A stretch of DNA of 64,000 bases, from contig CAWALK010000023.1 in the NCBI GenBank assembly GCA_963782915.1, positions 1 to 64,000 on the forward strand. The letters are read 5' to 3'. Below are positions 60,968-64,000 of this stretch, in pieces. The position numbers and the translations under genes were made by a program. Origin of the DNA: an uncultured archaeon. Its GTDB lineage: Archaea > Thermoproteota > Bathyarchaeia > Bathyarchaeales > Bathycorpusculaceae. The notes under the pieces are model-generated. The model made no database searches and was not told the origin of the DNA. It worked only from the letters and a program-made list of their open reading frames with translations. Numbering within the stretch: the first letter of the stretch is position 1; the number at the start of each line of letters is the position of its first letter.

Positions 60968-61945
60968 GTGAGTTTTCCAACTGTACGTATGAGAAGATTG
61001 CGCAAAACCGCTGCATTGCGGGAAATGCTAAACCAAGTTACTTTGAATCCTAGTCATTTGATTTATCCGATTTTTGTTGAAGAGGGCATCAAAAAAGCCG
61101 TGCCCATAGGCGCTATGCCCGGCTACTCTCGTTTGCCGCTTTCAATGGTTGGCGAAGAGGGCAAAGCCGCTTTGGCACAGGGCTGCAAAAGCGTGCTGCT
61201 ATTCGGCATCCCATCCAAAAAAGACGAGATAGGCACTTCTGCGTATGCTAATGATGGCATCGTACAGAACGCCATTCGTGAGTTAAAGAAGGCTTGTGGC
61301 GAGGAACTCGTTGTCATCGGCGACGTATGCCTCTGCGAATACATGAGCCACGGTCACTGCGGCATCGTCAAAGACGGCGAAGTACAAAACGACTCTACAC
61401 TCGAATTGCTGGGCAAAATCGCCGTTAGCTACGCCGAAGCAGGCGTCGACATCGTTGCACCTTCAGCTATGATGGACGGACAAATCGGCATGATACGTGA
61501 AGCCCTCGACGAAGCAGGCTACGACCAAATCCCAATAATGGCTTACTCGGCAAAGTATGCTTCAGGCTTCTATGGACCCTTCCGGGAAGCAGCAGAATCC
61601 ACGCCTAAATTCGGAAACCGCAGAAGCTACCAAATGAGCCAAGGCAGCCAAACCGAAGCATTACGCGAAATCGAATTAGACATCGAGGAAGGAGCAGACC
61701 TAATCATGGTCAAACCCGCACTCGCCTACCTTGACATCATCGCACTTGCAAAAGCCAATTTTAACGTGCCCATAGTCGCCTACAATGTCAGCGGCGAATA
61801 CAGCATGGTTAAAGCCGCCGCAGCCAACGGCTGGATAGACGAAAAAGCAGTCACCCGCGAAATCCTCGTTGCCATAAAACGTGCAGGCGCAGACCTAATC
61901 ATAACCTATCATGCAAAAGACGCACAATCCTGGTTGAATCCATGA
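60968..61945 (+). CDS. hemB: porphobilinogen synthase
   Basis: [40 protein letters not shown]. Confidence 0.97.
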   Translation: MSFPTVRMRRLRKTAALREMLNQVTLNPSHLIYPIFVEEGIKKAVPIGAMPGYSRLPLSMVGEEGKAALAQGCKSVLLFGIPSKKDEIGTSAYANDGIVQNAIRELKKACGEELVVIGDVCLCEYMSHGHCGIVKDGEVQNDSTLELLGKIAVSYAEAGVDIVAPSAMMDGQIGMIREALDEAGYDQIPIMAYSAKYASGFYGPFREAAESTPKFGNRRSYQMSQGSQTEALREIELDIEEGADLIMVKPALAYLDIIALAKANFNVPIVAYNVSGEYSMVKAAAANGWIDEKAVTREILVAIKRAGADLIITYHAKDAQSWLNP

Positions 61946-63244
61946 GCGAATCCAAATCCAAAACGCTTTTTGAGCGAGCCAAAAAGACTTTGCCCGGCGG
62001 AGTAAACAGCCCCGTCCGAGCCTTTGAACCCTACCCCTTCTTCGTCCAATCCGCTTCAGGCTCCAAAATGGTGGATGCCGACGGCAAAGCCTACGTTGAC
62101 TATTGCATGGCGTATGGCGCAATGCTTTTGGGTCACGCAAACCCGGAAGTCCTCGACGCAGTAAAAGCGCAACTATCTAAGGGCACACTCTATGGTGTTC
62201 CAACAGAGCTTGAGGTGCAATTCGCCGAATCAATCAGCAAGGTTTCGCCTTGCATGGAAATGATGCGGCTAGTCAGCACGGGCACGGAAGCTACAATGCA
62301 TGCCATCCGAGCAGCAAGAGGCTATACTGGACGCAAAAAAATCATTAAATTTGACGGTTGCTTCCACGGCAGCCACGACAACGTCCTAGTCAAAGCTGGG
62401 TCGGGTGCAGCAACCTTCGGTGTGCCAAACTCGTTGGGTATCCCAGAAGAAACAACTCGGAACACGATCGTGTTACCCTACAATGATGTAGAAGCGCTCG
62501 AGACAACCTTCAAGAATGAAGGCAGCGACATAGCCGCAGTCATCGTTGAACCCGTCATGGGAAACGTGGGCTTAATTTTACCCAAAAAAGACTACCTCAA
62601 TCAGCTAAGGAAAATTACTGCGGCAAACGGCACCGTACTCATTTTCGACGAAATCATCACAGGCTTCCGCCTCGCATTGGGTGGAGCACAGGAATACTTC
62701 AACGTCAAACCCGACATGGCTACATTGGGCAAAGTGCTCGGCGGCGGTTTCCCGTTGGCAGCGTTTGGGGGCAAAAAAGAAATCATGCAAAACATCAGCC
62801 CCGTCGGCAAGGTTTACCAAGCGGGCACATTCAGCGGCAACCCAGTATCCGCTACAGCCGGCATGGCAATAATCAATTACCTCAGCAAGAACCGCAGCCA
62901 AATTTATCCTAAACTCGAAAAGAACACCTCTGAACTCAAAAAAGCCTTAATCGACCTATCCGCACCAATACAAGCTGCCCGCACAAGTCTACAGCATAGC
63001 CTCACTCTACCAAATCTTCTTCACCAACGAGCAAGTAACCGATTACGCCTGCGCCAAACATAGCGACGCAGCCATGTTCAGTGCCTACTTCCAAACTCTG
63101 CTCAAAGAAGGCGTCTTTATTCCACCATCCCAGTACGAAACCTGCTTCCTATCAAACGCGCATAGCCCAGACGACCTCAAATTCACTATAAACGCATTCG
63201 ACAAAGCCCTCGCGGCAGCGGCAAAAACGAGGAAACCCCAATGA
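61942..63244 (+). CDS. hemL: glutamate-1-semialdehyde 2,1-aminomutase (+1 indel near 62968)
   Basis: [43 protein letters not shown]; continues to PPSQYE. Confidence 0.95.
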
Positions 63245-64000
63245 AGTTAACCGTCGGCACACGAGGCAGCAAACTACGCTCTCGCTCAAACTAACCGCAC
63301 GTTGGATTGGATAAAAGCCAAAAATCCCTCTGTAGATTTCGAGCTGAAAGTTATCCATACCATCGGCGACAAGGAACACGGCAAACCCCTGTTTAGCATT
63401 GATTGCAAGGGGATTTTCGAGAAAGAAATCGACCAAGAAGTCGTCAGCGGTCAAATCGATTTTGCGGTTCATAGCTTAAAAGATGTGCCCATAGTGGAGC
63501 AGCAAACAGGCACCGTGTTGGCGTCGATTCCCAAACGGGATTCTCCTTGCGATGTATTTATCTCTAAAAATAGGGTCAAACTAACAGAACTTCCTAAGGG
63601 CGCTGTGGTGGGAACAGGCAGCCTCCGCAGACTCGCCGAAATCAAGTATATTCGCCCCGACTTAGAGGTTGAGCCCATCCGCGGCAATATTGACACACGC
63701 ATCGGCAAAGTCACAAAAGGAGAAATCGCAGGCATCATCCTCGCCGAAGCAGGCTTGGAACGCATGGATATAACCGGCGAAATGACTGAGCGCCTCTCAC
63801 TCGAGGAGTTCCCGTCAGCAGCGGGGCAAGGCGCAATTGCAATAGTCGCCAAAGAAGGCAACAGTGAAGTCATAAAAATTCTGCAATCCGTCGAGGATAA
63901 GGCGACCCGTGCTGAAATCACCGCCGAACGCAGCCTCGTCCTGAAACTTGAAGGCGGTTGCCGTGTACCCATCGGCGCAGTCGCACAGGCAAACCAAAAC
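63241..64000 (+). CDS. hemC: hydroxymethylbilane synthase (partial, +1 indel near 63277)
   Basis: [53 protein letters not shown]. Confidence 0.93.

Noticed and set aside
1-64000. tRNA, rRNA or CRISPR arrays
   Set aside because: None recognised on reading both strands by eye; a tRNAscan/Infernal run would be needed to exclude them

Overview
Archaeal chromosomal window, most likely Bathyarchaeia/TACK. This is inferred from the archaeal SRP RNA, RadA, proteasome alpha subunit, RqcH, an EMC6-like protein, PEF-type sorting signals and zinc-ribbon membrane proteins. Core blocks are a trpEGDCBA operon with no trpF (about 6.1-11.9 kb), SRP RNA (11971-12290), rqcH/radA (41.8-45.9 kb), and a large cobalt-uptake plus anaerobic corrin-ring and tetrapyrrole cluster (46.8-64 kb). 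Between them lies a patchwork accessory region: several toxin-antitoxin modules, surface proteins, an orphan PAS histidine kinase, a complete IS with TIRs and a 9-bp TSD, AT-rich foreign-looking genes and gene remnants. Many conserved genes are split by 1-nt indels in short homopolymers. I treat these as sequencing or assembly errors, so fusion and pseudogene calls are correspondingly uncertain. The most interesting items are: a CysRS paralogue with a remodelled Zn/Cys pocket and no anticodon domain, co-oriented 9 nt behind a peroxiredoxin; a single-chain CbiM-N-Q whose conserved MHIMEG N-terminus begins at ACG; a domain-permuted GATase-CbiA-like amidotransferase; two tandem 40-aa zinc-ribbon microproteins missed by the ORF track; a DUF5678 plus retropepsin TA-like pair; and a flavin reductase gene bracketed by a duplicated hydrolase 3' end. 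All family assignments come from motif recognition only; no database searches were run.
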